DNA of 64,000 nt from Shigella phage SP21535. Below are positions 17,394 to 30,207 of the stretch, in pieces. Position 1 is the stretch's first letter. The number at the start of each line of letters is the position of its first letter. A program made the translations under genes and the position numbers. Below the pieces are notes generated by a model. The model searched no databases, was not told the DNA's origin, and saw only the letters and a program-made list of their open reading frames with translations. The stretch lies in the sequence record PQ615101; one strand, written 5' to 3'.

Positions 17394-18857
17394 TTATGCT
17401 GGTGATAAAAAGGTAGAAAGTAATACCCATTCGCCGTCTTTACGAACGTAAGCTTGGCCATCTTTTGGAGCTTCAGGAATATAACCTGCTTCTTGGAGAG
17501 CTTGAACATCACCTTGCAGAGAAGATATACTACCTTTAGCGGTATTCACTTCTTGTGTAACTGATGCAATGTTGGTTTCGTTAGCTTTTATTGAATTGGT
17601 TAATCCGCGTTCTTCGACAGTTGAACCATTTGGGTTAGTTCCATTTACTAAAGTATTTAACGCTACAACTTGCCCTTTAATTCCTGTGCTGTTATTACCA
17701 ATCTCTACTTGTAGGTTTTGAACATCATTATTCAAGCCTGAAACAGAAGTTTCAATTGTAGAAACTTGGTTTAAAAGAGACCCAGGAGGAGAAGGTTGTC
17801 CACCGCTAGAATCAGTTCCAACAATTTGGTTTAACCATGAAACATTCGCTCTTAAACCAGATGAAGTGTTTTCACCGACGATTCCATTCAGAGATTCGAT
17901 TGAAGTTGTATTATCTTTAATTTGACCTTTAATACTCGAAGGAATATCATCTGAACCAATGGAAGTTTCAATAACTGTTAAACGCTGTTTAATACCTCCA
18001 CTTTGATTTAGCTCTAAATTAATAGATGCAATATTATCAGTGTTTGTATTAACACTCGTGATAATCGAATTATTTCCTGGATATCCTATTGAGGTCTTAA
18101 TAGCACTAATGTCAGATTCAAATGTTGTCTGTTTAGTGTCAATTTCATTTAAACGACTATAAACGTTTTGTGAAAATGATGGTGGTTTCGGTCCAAGCTC
18201 TTCACGAAGATTACCAACTTCAATAGTCAAAGAACCTACATCAGATTCAATAAATTTTGTTTCTAATTCGCTTAAACGTATTCCCTGTGAAGTAATGGCA
18301 TCAGTATTATTAATAATGCGATGCTTCATTCCACTACTAGGATTTCCTACAACAGGAAGACCATTAATATCTTGACCTGCGTATTGTCCAAGTTCACGCT
18401 TTATCCACAGTAAATCATTTCTGATCGTTCTGTATACAGAGTTGGCCTCGGAGTTAAATGGACCAATATCAGCAAGAATACTGTCAACCGTACTATTAGT
18501 TCCATTTAATATTTCTGTGTGTTCACTGGTTAGCGTTTTGAGGTCAGAAATATCCTTTTTATTGATACCTATTTGGGCCAAAGCTTCAATATCACCAGAT
18601 ACATCTAAGATGCCCTGAATTGTTTTAATATCACTATTTGTGGTTTCTAAAGATGTTTTAAGTATTCCAATGTTTTTATCAAGAACTTCAACATTTCTTA
18701 GTACAGAAACTGTAGGTCTATTCATTGAACCTTCGCTTCCATACTGCGTGTCAGCTCCTAATATTTCTTCGCCGTTTTTAATCCAGGAAATGCGGCTCTG
18801 GCCCTCTGCAGGAGGGCCGTCAACGAATGGTAAGTCATTCAGTACAATATCTGTCAT
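17394..18857 (-). CDS. wac: fibritin (whisker antigen control)
   Basis: 487 aa, long heptad-repeat coiled coil; gene order. Confidence 0.85.
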   Translation of the reverse strand: MTDIVLNDLPFVDGPPAEGQSRISWIKNGEEILGADTQYGSEGSMNRPTVSVLRNVEVLDKNIGILKTSLETTNSDIKTIQGILDVSGDIEALAQIGINKKDISDLKTLTSEHTEILNGTNSTVDSILADIGPFNSEANSVYRTIRNDLLWIKRELGQYAGQDINGLPVVGNPSSGMKHRIINNTDAITSQGIRLSELETKFIESDVGSLTIEVGNLREELGPKPPSFSQNVYSRLNEIDTKQTTFESDISAIKTSIGYPGNNSIITSVNTNTDNIASINLELNQSGGIKQRLTVIETSIGSDDIPSSIKGQIKDNTTSIESLNGIVGENTSSGLRANVSWLNQIVGTDSSGGQPSPPGSLLNQVSTIETSVSGLNNDVQNLQVEIGNNSTGIKGQVVALNTLVNGTNPNGSTVEERGLTNSIKANETNIASVTQEVNTAKGSISSLQGDVQALQEAGYIPEAPKDGQAYVRKDGEWVLLSTFLSPA

Positions 18858-20437
18858 TCTTTTACCTTAATTATGTAGTTTAAAGAAATGTTCCATGGAC
18901 GTGTTTCATTTCCAATTAATTCAGGACGATTTAATGTATATTTGGAATTACGCTGCGATTCTGGGTCAATTTCATATCCGTCATTGGTGAAGTATGAACG
19001 GTTATCCCAGTCAAGTCCTTTACGTGTACCAACAAAATTTGATCTACGGGTATTACCGAATGCCCCAGAATCATCATGCTCACCAAATCCACCAGCATGT
19101 TTATGATAAGACATCTGCTGTTTTTGTACTTCACCAACATATCCACCGGTACAACCTACACCTAATCTAGGCTTACCAAATTGGTCATTACCATTAACGT
19201 TTGGATTTGTTAAGTGAGAGCCACGACCAGAGCCACGAACAAAAAGACCACGCATATCAGGTAATCCAGGATTTGATGAGCTTCCGCCGTATCTTGTTCC
19301 AATTCTAGAAGCATATAATGGACAATCTGACGCTGAAACAGTTCCACCATGGCAAAAACGCCAAGCATCACTAGGAAGACTATCAGCGGCCCACATCATA
19401 ATAGCTCCGACAGGAATAGTTCTATCAATTTCATTTTGTGTTACGACACGCTTACCTTGAATATAACCACCGGTCATGTTAACTGTTCCGGTAATATTTG
19501 CTCCGCCTGAAGCTATTGTAAGTGTGTTATTAATGCGGAGTGTTCCATTAATAGTTTGACCGCCTCTTTGGTGGATAACGTCAGCATTCCAAGCTAGTGC
19601 TGATGAAGCATCTCCTCCACTCTGTGAACCGGCCGTTGTTGTTAATCTAACTACGCCTCTCATTGACGTTGTAGAACCACGACCATTAAGAGTTGCGCCA
19701 GTAACTGCGACTGAAGCATTATTCGAGTTAACTTCTGACTGTGTTCCTAATTTAATTACACCTTTATACTCTTCAGTAGCAGTAGAATTCATAAACGTAT
19801 AAGGAGAAATTGCATAGCCTTCTCTTAAAGTTCCTTGACGAACTTGCGCTACTGTTGCTAATTGAACAACGCCTTGGGCCGATTCGGTAGCTGTAGTTTC
19901 AGAAGGAGCAATTTGCGCAATTAATTTAATAGCTAACTGTTGAGTTTTTAATGGAGTCATTGCAGTAGTATCATCTGCACCAGCTAATGCTTGTGGTAGA
20001 GATGAAATTTTAATAACACCATTCGAGGATTCAGTTGAAACACGAGTTTCAAACGCATTATTAAGGGCGACAGTAAATTTAGCTGGAGTTATAGAAGATT
20101 CATTATTAACTCCGGCAATGGCTTCATCATTGGTTGAATATCTTGTTAATCCGTAAACAGTTTCAGTTGCGTTTGGATAAGATAATCTTGTTGCCAACGT
20201 TGCTGGTGTAACTGCTTTGGTATTATTAGTTCCATCTATAACTTCCTGTTCAGTGGCAAGAAATAAAATTCCCTTTGTTGTTGACGATGCATCAGGAACT
20301 CCATTTACGCCAGCAGGAGAAATGGCTGCTATAGCAGCCTGAACATCAGTAATCTCTGGTGGAAAATTCGTATCGGTAGGATCAAATTTTACATAACGAG
20401 ATTCATTAGAAACGTGTTGATATGTATTATTACTCAT
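18854..20437 (-). CDS. 12: short tail fibre protein gp12
   Basis: 527 aa; gene order. Confidence 0.9.
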   Translation of the reverse strand: MSNNTYQHVSNESRYVKFDPTDTNFPPEITDVQAAIAAISPAGVNGVPDASSTTKGILFLATEQEVIDGTNNTKAVTPATLATRLSYPNATETVYGLTRYSTNDEAIAGVNNESSITPAKFTVALNNAFETRVSTESSNGVIKISSLPQALAGADDTTAMTPLKTQQLAIKLIAQIAPSETTATESAQGVVQLATVAQVRQGTLREGYAISPYTFMNSTATEEYKGVIKLGTQSEVNSNNASVAVTGATLNGRGSTTSMRGVVRLTTTAGSQSGGDASSALAWNADVIHQRGGQTINGTLRINNTLTIASGGANITGTVNMTGGYIQGKRVVTQNEIDRTIPVGAIMMWAADSLPSDAWRFCHGGTVSASDCPLYASRIGTRYGGSSSNPGLPDMRGLFVRGSGRGSHLTNPNVNGNDQFGKPRLGVGCTGGYVGEVQKQQMSYHKHAGGFGEHDDSGAFGNTRRSNFVGTRKGLDWDNRSYFTNDGYEIDPESQRNSKYTLNRPELIGNETRPWNISLNYIIKVKE

Positions 20438-21093
20438 GCTGTTCTCTCAAAATGATAAAATACTGTAGGAGTCTGCTGATTATCTAAAGTTACCGTTTGT
20501 GCGCCCAATAAATTCCATGTACCATAGCCAGGTTTAGACTCAGAAATAATTTCCTGCGAAATAGTTATTCCATATGTAGAATATGTGCTTAATACATGTT
20601 TTTGATTATCTAAATAAGTAACTTCTAATTTACTACCATCTGTTGGATGGTCTTTATATGAGTTGATAGCAGTAAATGACGCAATAGCTTCTTGAAGGGC
20701 AACACGAACTTTTGCAACAAACTCAATAGCCGTCATTCCAGTTGTTGCTGAAACTGGAAGACCAAATACTAATACCGTAACAGGAGAACCCGGAGGAAGA
20801 GAATCGTCTGTTACAGTTCCAGAAAATGCCCAATAATCAGTTTGAGAAACACCCTCAGGAGAAACACCAGTTTTATTAGTAATAATTGTACCAACGTCTT
20901 TTATAGAAAAATTATGAACGTCATTAATAGCTGATTCTACGTTTGGTTCATAAAATCCTTTCGCTAATTGAGAAATTGTCACTGACCCAACTGATTGACG
21001 ATTCATTACATCTATATTACCAGCTTTAGGTCTAAAACCAAGAAAATCGGCTAAGCGGGAAATAACTCCCGCTTTATTATTAAGTAAACTCAT
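20434..21093 (-). CDS. 11: baseplate wedge protein gp11
   Basis: Start at ATG 21091-21093 (MSLLNN), overlapping gene 10 stop; 219 aa. Confidence 0.85.
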   Translation of the reverse strand: MSLLNNKAGVISRLADFLGFRPKAGNIDVMNRQSVGSVTISQLAKGFYEPNVESAINDVHNFSIKDVGTIITNKTGVSPEGVSQTDYWAFSGTVTDDSLPPGSPVTVLVFGLPVSATTGMTAIEFVAKVRVALQEAIASFTAINSYKDHPTDGSKLEVTYLDNQKHVLSTYSTYGITISQEIISESKPGYGTWNLLGAQTVTLDNQQTPTVFYHFERTA

Positions 21094-22901
21094 TATGCAA
21101 TCCTTATCCAACGATAAACTGTAATATATGGTTGAATGTTAGTTATTGATGTTGGCGGAGTGTGAGTAGAGTTAGTAGATGCTTTAGCTTCACGGTATTT
21201 AGTGTAAATTGGACCGGATTCATCTGGATCGTATTGACACCCACCAACAATGACTGATCCATTTTCATCAACTATTAGAACTTCTTCATCTGTTTCAGTT
21301 GCAGGAAGATTAGCATTTTCCAATGTAACCGAAGTAGAACCACCTGTTCCACCTGCAGTATGCGAAGGACTTCCACCAGAATCTAAATCGTTGTTATTTA
21401 GAGCGAAATTCGGATCCGAAATATCTTCATTCCATCCAACTAAAACTTTTCCTTGCCCAAATAATTTCCATGAGCCGAATCCCATATATGTAACAGGGTT
21501 GTTTGGATTAACAGCGTTTTCATATATAGTTCCAATAGGATAAATCGTATCAAAGATATTTGAAACAGCATTAAATTCGCGTTGATAAGATTGAACTGCT
21601 TCTACATTTGGCCAACCAATTTTATCGAAGTCTGTTAAATTTACATCACCAGAAATATCTACTCCCGGCCCTTGCGATACATAGAGATTATCAGTTTCAT
21701 CAATAATCTCATCTTTTGTCAATAATGTACCCAAATCATTATTAAACCAGGTGATATTGATAATGTCACCATGCTCAAATACTCTATCGAAATGTAAAAT
21801 TTCCGGTATGCCGTTTTCATCAGTTTCAATTGAATAATCGGTATGAGATTGTTCCCAAGTTCCACCTAAAACAGAGCATTCTACTTCATCGTCTGAATCG
21901 GCACCAACACAATGAAATAATGGCATTCCAACTGTGCCAGCCAATTCCTGCAAAATCCCGTTAAAACGAACCTCAAGAGAGTTAGGATTAATAGGTTCTC
22001 CTGGAATTAATCCAAAAGCAGAAAATGGAATTGATTTCATTGTTGATAAATCAGTAACGTAAATGCTTCCTTCTAAAGAAGTTTTTGACGTTAATTTTGA
22101 ATCTAACAATCTGATTTGACGTCTTGTATATGAACTTCTCCACTGCGATACACCATCCATAAATGTTTCAATTTGAACAGTGTCACCAATATTACAAGGC
22201 TGTCTTAATCGAATATTAAATCCATCAAGAGGAACTAGTTCTCCTTCATTTTCGCCCGGAGAGCCAAAATCACTGTTTTCGCTAAACACATCGCCGTAAT
22301 ACAATTCGTTACCACGATGTTTTACTCTGATGTTATTTACATTATAACTGGTTCCACGAAAAACATCTAAAAAGTCTGTTTGTCCTTGGACTTCGACTAA
22401 AAATTCTTTACGAGCTACATTACTAATGTCTGAACTGGTAATTTTGTCAATTTGTTTATTTTTGACATATTCCCAACGTCCTGGGGCACAATACACTAGT
22501 TCTAAATCGCTGAATTGAACATTAATTTCAACTGGTACTGCAGACCCTTTAATCGTATCACCGGAAGCAGCTACTAAAGTAACTGGGTTGACGTTCCATG
22601 TAGCAAATACGTCTCTAGCTCTAATTACCTTGTTGTAATCATTAACTGTTCCTTTTGGAAGATTTATAGTCACTCTTCCAGAAGAGGTATTAATAGCGTA
22701 TGATTTTCCCCATTCAGCTTTTAGTGTTTGCCCAGATGAAGCATCATAAGTTTTCCAGGCACCAGCTGAATATGGAACGTCTCCATCACCGAGCTCGTAA
22801 TAAAGCTCATCAAAGTTTTCATTTATTTTTATACCACCTTTACGCAGGTAGTCACCGGTACCATCATCTACAACATTACCGATATTAATATTTTGTTTCA
22901 T
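21093..22901 (-). CDS. 10: baseplate wedge protein gp10
   Basis: 602 aa; gene order. Confidence 0.9.
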   Translation of the reverse strand: MKQNINIGNVVDDGTGDYLRKGGIKINENFDELYYELGDGDVPYSAGAWKTYDASSGQTLKAEWGKSYAINTSSGRVTINLPKGTVNDYNKVIRARDVFATWNVNPVTLVAASGDTIKGSAVPVEINVQFSDLELVYCAPGRWEYVKNKQIDKITSSDISNVARKEFLVEVQGQTDFLDVFRGTSYNVNNIRVKHRGNELYYGDVFSENSDFGSPGENEGELVPLDGFNIRLRQPCNIGDTVQIETFMDGVSQWRSSYTRRQIRLLDSKLTSKTSLEGSIYVTDLSTMKSIPFSAFGLIPGEPINPNSLEVRFNGILQELAGTVGMPLFHCVGADSDDEVECSVLGGTWEQSHTDYSIETDENGIPEILHFDRVFEHGDIINITWFNNDLGTLLTKDEIIDETDNLYVSQGPGVDISGDVNLTDFDKIGWPNVEAVQSYQREFNAVSNIFDTIYPIGTIYENAVNPNNPVTYMGFGSWKLFGQGKVLVGWNEDISDPNFALNNNDLDSGGSPSHTAGGTGGSTSVTLENANLPATETDEEVLIVDENGSVIVGGCQYDPDESGPIYTKYREAKASTNSTHTPPTSITNIQPYITVYRWIRIA

Positions 22902-23767
22902 TATTGAGCCACCCCGATTTTCTGCGTAGCGATAACTTTAACTGCTGCTCTCATACCGACAGTTGAAGAACTTATAGTCGCCGTTACATAATTTTCTTTA
23001 ATACTAAATGCAATATTAGCGATTTCGTCTTCTTCGGTTTCATTCCCAACTCGCATGACAGCATATTCAGAAGAAATGACCTCTGAATTAACAGTATCCA
23101 CAAGAATATTTATTTCTGCTGTTTTAATTTTTCTTCCATCTACCGATTGGCACGTAACTAGCAATTTAGCCATATTGTATTCAGTGCGATGAAATAATGG
23201 AATGTCAACTGATCCAGATGTAGAAATATTCCATGTACCTTCAGCTGGTGATTCCTTTTGACCAAACATACTTTCAATAGAATAATTCCACACCGATGTG
23301 GAATTATCAGATGAAATACAGCGTAAAGTTACTTTACTATATGGGCTAGTTACTACTAAATTACCAGAAACACCTTTAATTGAATCAATCGCTTGAATCG
23401 TTAAAGGATTAGTAACTGATATAGATCCATTTGAGTTAATAAATTCAACGCAGTCACCAAGTTCGCCTCTTTCAATGATAACTTTAACACCTACAGTAGA
23501 GGTATCAATATCATGCCTAGTGCCAACTTTTACTGGAGTTGCGTACTCTGCAATAGAGTGTTTTTGATAATATCCAGTAGCATGGATAATTTGGCCATCT
23601 GCTCCAGTTCCATTTGCTACTGCCATTTTACGTTGATCGCCAAACGCATTATAAATTGCATTAAAATCACTATTAATTTTATTACCACCGTCGAATAAGA
23701 TATCACCAGTAGAAGCGTTACCAATTTCGCCGGTATCAATCAATTTCTTTGGTTCTTGAATGAACAT
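22901..23767 (-). CDS. 9: baseplate wedge protein gp9
   Basis: 288 aa; gene order. Confidence 0.9.
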   Translation of the reverse strand: MFIQEPKKLIDTGEIGNASTGDILFDGGNKINSDFNAIYNAFGDQRKMAVANGTGADGQIIHATGYYQKHSIAEYATPVKVGTRHDIDTSTVGVKVIIERGELGDCVEFINSNGSISVTNPLTIQAIDSIKGVSGNLVVTSPYSKVTLRCISSDNSTSVWNYSIESMFGQKESPAEGTWNISTSGSVDIPLFHRTEYNMAKLLVTCQSVDGRKIKTAEINILVDTVNSEVISSEYAVMRVGNETEEDEIANIAFSIKENYVTATISSSTVGMRAAVKVIATQKIGVAQ

Positions 23768-23791
23768 AGCGGTTTCCTTATGAGTTTATAG

Positions 23792-23799
23792 TATTTATA
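23792..23799 (-). promoter_or_regulatory. late promoter TATAAATA upstream of gene 9
   Basis: Exact motif 25 nt upstream of ATG. Confidence 0.4.
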
Positions 23800-23805
23800 A
23801 AGAAA

Positions 23806-23827
23806 AAGGGAGCCCATGGGCTCCCTT
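23806..23827 (-). terminator. stem-loop downstream of gene 8
   Basis: AAGGGAGCCC-ATG-GGCTCCCTT palindrome followed by T-run on minus strand. Confidence 0.45.
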
Positions 23828-23830
23828 AAG

Positions 23831-24835
23831 TTAAAATGTAAACAGAATATTGATTTCTTCTGTTTGATCCATTGCCATAATAATAGGTGGCCTATTTTCC
23901 ATATAAATCATTTCGCCCGAATGCCTCATTAAATCTTCCGGATCATAATAATCCTTTTCAGCTTTAACGTTTGGGTCATTTGGATGAGCTTTAGCTTCAA
24001 GAGGATTCGTGATTATTGATATTTGTCTAAATCCTTTATTTCCCGGCAATGCAGCTTCCGGAAAATAAACTGAATCTAAATATGCTTTAAAACGGATAGT
24101 ATTTGCCTTAACACGGTAAATTAATCCAAAATCATCTTGTTGCCAAGTGAGGTTATCTTCATACCCCCATCTAGTCGGGTCTTCTTTTAATTCTTCCGGC
24201 CAAGGAACCACGATATATTCATTCGTGCATCTATTTATAGATACATCAGGTGGAATCTCAAAAAGATATTCCCAAACATATCCGTCGCCGGGTTCGATTG
24301 TTCCTTCCGCGTCTCCTCGACCTTCAGGAGGAGTCATTGACCTAACAGAAGGAGTCCATTTTCCACCTAACTTAAGGCATTCATCCTTATTAGTTAAAGA
24401 CTCAATTGAACACATTCCTGTGTCAGGAACATCTAAACAACGATATACTAACCAGCCTGCGCCTGATTCAGTAGCATTGTAAGGAGCTGAGTTACACACT
24501 ACAATATCGTTAATTCTAAATGTGTATGGATCTGGATATCTAGTATCTCCCCAATCTCGACGAGGAATAACTGCATCAAGCATAGATGGAAGAACCTTTA
24601 CAGTTCCCATCATATGCGTCCACATGTCAGTTACGCCTAATACAGAATCAGTAGGATAAGGTGGAGCAAAGCCCACCTCATTTTCATTTGATGACCACGG
24701 TTCTGATCTTCCAAATGTGATAAAGATAGTGTTTTTATCCGGACCACTTCCAATTGAATTATAAAAATTCAACATTTTTTCTGTTCTAAATTTTGAAGTA
24801 ACTATCGCACGATAGATAACACTTGAATCATTCAT
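23831..24835 (-). CDS. 8: baseplate wedge protein gp8
   Basis: 334 aa; gene order. Confidence 0.9.
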   Translation of the reverse strand: MNDSSVIYRAIVTSKFRTEKMLNFYNSIGSGPDKNTIFITFGRSEPWSSNENEVGFAPPYPTDSVLGVTDMWTHMMGTVKVLPSMLDAVIPRRDWGDTRYPDPYTFRINDIVVCNSAPYNATESGAGWLVYRCLDVPDTGMCSIESLTNKDECLKLGGKWTPSVRSMTPPEGRGDAEGTIEPGDGYVWEYLFEIPPDVSINRCTNEYIVVPWPEELKEDPTRWGYEDNLTWQQDDFGLIYRVKANTIRFKAYLDSVYFPEAALPGNKGFRQISIITNPLEAKAHPNDPNVKAEKDYYDPEDLMRHSGEMIYMENRPPIIMAMDQTEEINILFTF

Positions 24836-27800
24836 CTATTTTAACCTGTGTTGGATTTTCAGGGTCTCTTGGATTTCCTATATTATCTTTTAGACGTTTA
24901 TTAACTAAATCCCTAAATTGTGCAAATGTTGTTCCAGATGCATCGAATAAAGGACTCATTAATTTACGTCGTTCAGACGGCAATTGACCTTGAAATATTG
25001 AATTATTATTTTCAGCATTATAGTCATCAGGAAGAGGATATTTTACACCAGCCATTGGGCCAGGTTCATAAATTGCTTCGCCTGTTACTGAATCATGCTC
25101 AATTTCGCCAGTTGGAGTCAATTTAGCTACTCTATCAGCATATTCAGTAGGCAATCCAGAATCCCATTTATAGTTTTTGTATTTATTAATTATAGTCTCT
25201 GTATGTTTAAGAGTTAAACCAACATTAATAAACATCGTTAAAAGAGTAATTGCTATAAATCCAAATCCTACTGGATGAACAAAACGAATAACGTCAGATT
25301 TCCAGCGGGAAGAAGGTAAATTGGATTTAATTTTCATTACATAATATGATCTACTTCTATTAATATAGTCTATGTTATTTTGAAGCAAATCCTTTCCTTT
25401 AACCCCGCGAATAATTTCGCCTTCGAAACTAGGGAGTCTTTCTGCTTTAACTTCTTGACCGGCAATTAATCTTCCCAAAAGATTATGAATAGTTACGGTC
25501 CATTGCAATTTACCATTAGAATAGCTTCTTTCTATATAAGTAACATTACATCTTCCTGTAGCTGTATAAATCGTTTGTCCTACTAAGTCTTCGGTCAAAG
25601 AATCAGATTGAACGATTATATCATATTCAGTACCAGCCCCAGATTCAATTTCAATTTCAACTTCTTCATTATAAAGAACTTTAAAAAGAAATTTGTATGA
25701 TGCTTCAATTCCTTTAGTGGAATAAAAATCATAGCTACGTGATTCAAAAAATCTTGCAACAGCATCGCGTTTGTCAGCATTTAAATAAATGTTTCTTTTA
25801 TATATCTCTGACCACAAATATTCCCACGCATGCTCTTCTCGCGGATATTGGTTACGAATTAAATTTCGTAAATTATTATACTGAGTTCCATATCCATCAG
25901 AAAGATACTGAATATATGCTTCGCAGAATGCCTCAAAATTAGAATCCTGTAGCAAATAAGAATCAGGCATCATTGTGCCAATCAATGGTCTTAAATCAGG
26001 ATCAGCTAATCCATGCTCTTCTTCCGGGGACCAAGGAGTTTCACGCTCTTGGTTTTGTAAAAATGCTTTTAAAAATATTCCAGTTGGCTTCCAAATTATT
26101 TCAACCGTGTCTCTCACTCGATAGTTAAAATCATAGTAAGAAATTATTTCACCAGAAGACTTATAAAAAAGCATCCCAGACGCATATTTTTTAAATCCCG
26201 TGAATTTAACATTTGGCATTACTATCGTGCAATCACCATCATCCCAATATTCATGAACTAATCTATCTGGCGATGTTTCCGGAATATTTTCTATAACTTT
26301 AGTGTATTTTAAATCAGCATAAACTACTACAGCTCTATCAGAGTTGTTTATCCAACAGCGTGTGTTAGATTTTTTAGACCAGTTAAAGAATGGTTCTGCA
26401 TAGTATTTCATCGGCTGAGGCGTAAAAGTTTCCCAATCAGATTTTTCGTCTGCTATAAATGCCATCATATGATAATGCTTATCAGCTAGCCATTCACGAG
26501 GAAATTCATATTTAACAGCACCGATTAACTGATATTTCGTTGCAGTTTCAGGGTCATTAACAATGTTATCACTTAAAAATTTAAAATTACTCGAAGACAG
26601 AGAAACTAATTTACCATCAGTTGACATATTCGCATACCCTGGTTGAATGCGTCTTCTTTCTTCTTCAGTGTTGCCAAAAACTCTTTTCCACGTTTTTGTG
26701 TCGTGATTTAAAACATATATTCCTTTATCAGCAGAATCAATTATTTTTGATGTTCTAGGATTAGCATTTAATGTTTCAACTTCACCAATAATAAGAGCAA
26801 AAACTTTATCACCGATAGAATCCATTTTATAGCATACTGCTTTAGGATTTCCGGTTATAGTCATTGTATCAGGCTCAAAAAGCCTTTCCGAATATGTTGG
26901 AGATAATGGATCAGAATCTATAGGTGCATTACTCGTTTTTATGTATCTAACTTTATCTCTGGCGACAACGTAAATGTAATCATCGGTGCAAGTAATAGCT
27001 TCTGCAATGCGATATACATTCGCTGGCAAAGTTGCGTAAGTGGCAAAAATTTCTACATCAAATCCTAAATGTAATTGGTCGCCAAGTTTAGCGAATGTTA
27101 TATCTTGAGAACTAAATCTGACATCATCAGCTGACCATCTAACATCAGTAGATTTGCGGCCATAGAAAATCTTGTCGTATCCTAGAACGTATGTTGTGTT
27201 CGCAGATTGGTAATATACTGTCTTAGATAAAGGATATCCTACGCGGTCATTGAAGAGCTTTACAGCTTTCCAGGTTTGTCCTTTATCATTGGATACTTTA
27301 ACTACAGGTTGATAACGCTCAAAAAGATATAGAATCCCTTCTGATTCCATCAAATAAACTCGGTTAATATCCTTACATACTTGCTGAATAGAACCCTGTA
27401 TTTCATGGTACTCATTTTCACCAATAATAAAATTACTTATTGATGAAACATCAACATATGATGGGCTGAACTGAAATGATTCATTCATCAATGCAGCCAT
27501 TATAGTGTCATTATTAAAATTGACATAATCAGAATTATTAAGAGTAAATTTTTCCTGAATGAATTTATTAGCTAATTGCATTTCAATCATGTTTTGAAAT
27601 GTATAAGCGTTTGTAGCAAAAGTTTCAAACTCTTCGGTATAAATCCAATCAGACTGCTCAAAATCCTGCGCAGCTGTAGCTACTCTAATAATGTACGATG
27701 TCAATGGATTAGCATTATCAAAAAAGAAGCTGTTATTTGCAGTATATCCTAAGTTAATCCATCTGTATTGATTACTCGGGAGATTTTCCCCCGAGTTTGT

Positions 27801-27926
27801 TTTTGTCTCAGCGATTTCTACAAAATAGTAGAAATTAGCACCAACGTCATCCCAGCGTACTTGCACCTGATTTGCGGATAACTTGGAAATTCTGAGACTA
27901 GTGACTGAAGGTGCTTTTACTGTCAT
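24828..27926 (-). CDS. 7: baseplate wedge protein gp7
   Basis: 1032 aa; gene order. Confidence 0.9.
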   Translation of the reverse strand: MTVKAPSVTSLRISKLSANQVQVRWDDVGANFYYFVEIAETKTNSGENLPSNQYRWINLGYTANNSFFFDNANPLTSYIIRVATAAQDFEQSDWIYTEEFETFATNAYTFQNMIEMQLANKFIQEKFTLNNSDYVNFNNDTIMAALMNESFQFSPSYVDVSSISNFIIGENEYHEIQGSIQQVCKDINRVYLMESEGILYLFERYQPVVKVSNDKGQTWKAVKLFNDRVGYPLSKTVYYQSANTTYVLGYDKIFYGRKSTDVRWSADDVRFSSQDITFAKLGDQLHLGFDVEIFATYATLPANVYRIAEAITCTDDYIYVVARDKVRYIKTSNAPIDSDPLSPTYSERLFEPDTMTITGNPKAVCYKMDSIGDKVFALIIGEVETLNANPRTSKIIDSADKGIYVLNHDTKTWKRVFGNTEEERRRIQPGYANMSTDGKLVSLSSSNFKFLSDNIVNDPETATKYQLIGAVKYEFPREWLADKHYHMMAFIADEKSDWETFTPQPMKYYAEPFFNWSKKSNTRCWINNSDRAVVVYADLKYTKVIENIPETSPDRLVHEYWDDGDCTIVMPNVKFTGFKKYASGMLFYKSSGEIISYYDFNYRVRDTVEIIWKPTGIFLKAFLQNQERETPWSPEEEHGLADPDLRPLIGTMMPDSYLLQDSNFEAFCEAYIQYLSDGYGTQYNNLRNLIRNQYPREEHAWEYLWSEIYKRNIYLNADKRDAVARFFESRSYDFYSTKGIEASYKFLFKVLYNEEVEIEIESGAGTEYDIIVQSDSLTEDLVGQTIYTATGRCNVTYIERSYSNGKLQWTVTIHNLLGRLIAGQEVKAERLPSFEGEIIRGVKGKDLLQNNIDYINRSRSYYVMKIKSNLPSSRWKSDVIRFVHPVGFGFIAITLLTMFINVGLTLKHTETIINKYKNYKWDSGLPTEYADRVAKLTPTGEIEHDSVTGEAIYEPGPMAGVKYPLPDDYNAENNNSIFQGQLPSERRKLMSPLFDASGTTFAQFRDLVNKRLKDNIGNPRDPENPTQVKIDE

Positions 27927-29905
27927 TGTGATATAGGCTCCAAATCGATAGTTAAGTATTGTGGACGTAAGTCATTTTCAAATACAATCAGTGAACCATC
28001 GCGAGTAAAGATAACATCATCGGTTGGGTCAGAATATAATTCAATAGTCTGAACCTCAAATTTATCGGATGTTAAATTAATTTTAGCGATATTCCAATAA
28101 ATCATGTCAGCTGGATAATTTATTTCACCGATAACATAATATTTGTCACGTCCATCAGAATTTGCTAATTTGTTAAAATCGTTGCCTGTATACGGCTGAA
28201 TGTTTTCATTTTCTGTAACATCACCCGAAGCAAATGGACCAATAATAACTTTACCGATTCCTTTAGAATCTCGGTCTGTTGATACTATGCGAACGTCATA
28301 TAATACATCTTCTTCTAAACCAGTATCAGGATTTACAACCTTTCGTCCGGAATTAAATGAAAACGTATTAGATTCCATAGAACGATCTTTTATTTGATTA
28401 TTGTATTTAATACCTGCTTCAGGCGTTTTATAGAAGTTTTGTACTTCACGAACAATTTGAATTGTCGCTGATGAACCAATGATAGAATGATCTGCATCAT
28501 CTACATATGTCAACATCTTAGATTTAGCGAAAGATGAGTTAAAAATTTCTACGTCTTCGGTATAATAACGATCAATTTTATCAATTATTTGACCTTCAAG
28601 CCACTGTTCGGATTCTTGCAGCTTATTTAAAGCATATGTGACTTTTAAATTAGTCTTAATAAAAAGATAATTAGGAGAAATAATTGATGGCGTAATAGGA
28701 GCTAAATTATAGTCTTTGAGATAATTTTTAATATCTTCGCGCTGTACAGTAGTTAAATATAGTCCCGATTTAGGTTTAGCAGCAATAAATGCATAACCAG
28801 GTTTAGTAGAATCAGTGAAAGTCTGAACTGCCTGAATAATAGAACCAAATCTCTCTGAAACGAATGTATCATAGTCAGTCGCAGTTACGCAGCGTTGCTG
28901 GGTTTCACGTTTAATAGTACCCAATTCGCGAATACGTTCAATATCTTCTGGATCACCGCCGCCATCTGCTCCAACAAAATCTGGGTCATCGTTTGGGTTT
29001 TCATTAATATTGATGACAGTTATATTTGTTAATGTATCCGCGTATGAAAATCCGACTGCACCATTCGCATCTGCACCGTTAGTGCTGATGTACTCAATGA
29101 CAATCGTAGAGTTCTGAGTAGGTTTAAGACCTCCAATATAATTAGCGGTCAATGCTCCTTCTGCCGCGTTAACAGAAATCTCACCTTCACCAAAATAAAA
29201 TTCAGTATTTCCATCAATAGTTTCACGCATATAGTAAATCGTTGATGTTGAACCAGCATGAACCATTGACTTTCTCGTCCAGTTAATCCATTCCGCTCCA
29301 TCAACATATAATTTAACCTGGTTTCTATCAATATTTTTATCATAAATGATAATAGGTGTTAATTTATCATAAATGATTTCAGTTCTTACTATACGTCCCT
29401 GAGCTAATTTTAAACGCGGAAAATATTGGTTATTTTTATCGCGAATAGCAATAACATCTTCGGTAGATACAAAGTTATAAGGATTAACTGAAGTATCTTT
29501 TGCATATGCTAAAAAGCGAGTACCACGAGGAATAGTAATGTAATTTCTATTCAATGCGTCGGTACATGTTAACATAATTTCGGTCTGCGCAGCGGATTTT
29601 GAAGTAGGTAAATATCCGTTATCTTGTGCAGCTTGAACAACTGAACTTCGTAAGTTAGCAGTACGCATAAAGCTTTCATACACGGCAGCATTACCAAATT
29701 GTTGAATGTACAATGTATTATAAGCCAAAAGGTCACACAGAACGTTTAATCTTGAGCCTTCAAAATCATAATCCAAAAATTCATTTTGGCCATTAAGCCA
29801 TTCAATGAGGTTTTGTTTTATTTCAGCAAACGTACCCCCGACGAATATCTCGGGAATAGCATTTGCTGTTCTTGTTAATTGATAATTTACAGGGGTATTT
29901 GCCAT
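27923..29905 (-). CDS. 6: baseplate wedge protein gp6
   Basis: 660 aa; gene order. Confidence 0.9.
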   Translation of the reverse strand: MANTPVNYQLTRTANAIPEIFVGGTFAEIKQNLIEWLNGQNEFLDYDFEGSRLNVLCDLLAYNTLYIQQFGNAAVYESFMRTANLRSSVVQAAQDNGYLPTSKSAAQTEIMLTCTDALNRNYITIPRGTRFLAYAKDTSVNPYNFVSTEDVIAIRDKNNQYFPRLKLAQGRIVRTEIIYDKLTPIIIYDKNIDRNQVKLYVDGAEWINWTRKSMVHAGSTSTIYYMRETIDGNTEFYFGEGEISVNAAEGALTANYIGGLKPTQNSTIVIEYISTNGADANGAVGFSYADTLTNITVININENPNDDPDFVGADGGGDPEDIERIRELGTIKRETQQRCVTATDYDTFVSERFGSIIQAVQTFTDSTKPGYAFIAAKPKSGLYLTTVQREDIKNYLKDYNLAPITPSIISPNYLFIKTNLKVTYALNKLQESEQWLEGQIIDKIDRYYTEDVEIFNSSFAKSKMLTYVDDADHSIIGSSATIQIVREVQNFYKTPEAGIKYNNQIKDRSMESNTFSFNSGRKVVNPDTGLEEDVLYDVRIVSTDRDSKGIGKVIIGPFASGDVTENENIQPYTGNDFNKLANSDGRDKYYVIGEINYPADMIYWNIAKINLTSDKFEVQTIELYSDPTDDVIFTRDGSLIVFENDLRPQYLTIDLEPISQ

Positions 29906-29913
29906 TTTAAATC

Positions 29914-30207
29914 CTATTTAATGAATACTTTAGATGATGCCTGAGCCACAGTATCACCGCATGATATTGGATCAGCCATTTGAACAGCTTTCTTTCCAGT
30001 GACATATACCTTAGAAGTTCTGGGTTGTGTCACTCCGCCATGTGTTTCATATGGCTTTTTAATTTCTGTATGTTCTGTAATTGGATCACCTGCTACGAGA
30101 ACAGCAATTCCTCCAGTGAATACTTTACTTTGTGTAGCATTCACAACTGTTGGAGGCCACGCTTCATGGCCAGCAGTAACACACTTATCATAACTTAATC
30201 CTGACAT
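29914..30207 (-). CDS. 5.4: baseplate spike tip protein gp5.4 (PAAR-like)
   Basis: 97 aa; gene order. Confidence 0.75.
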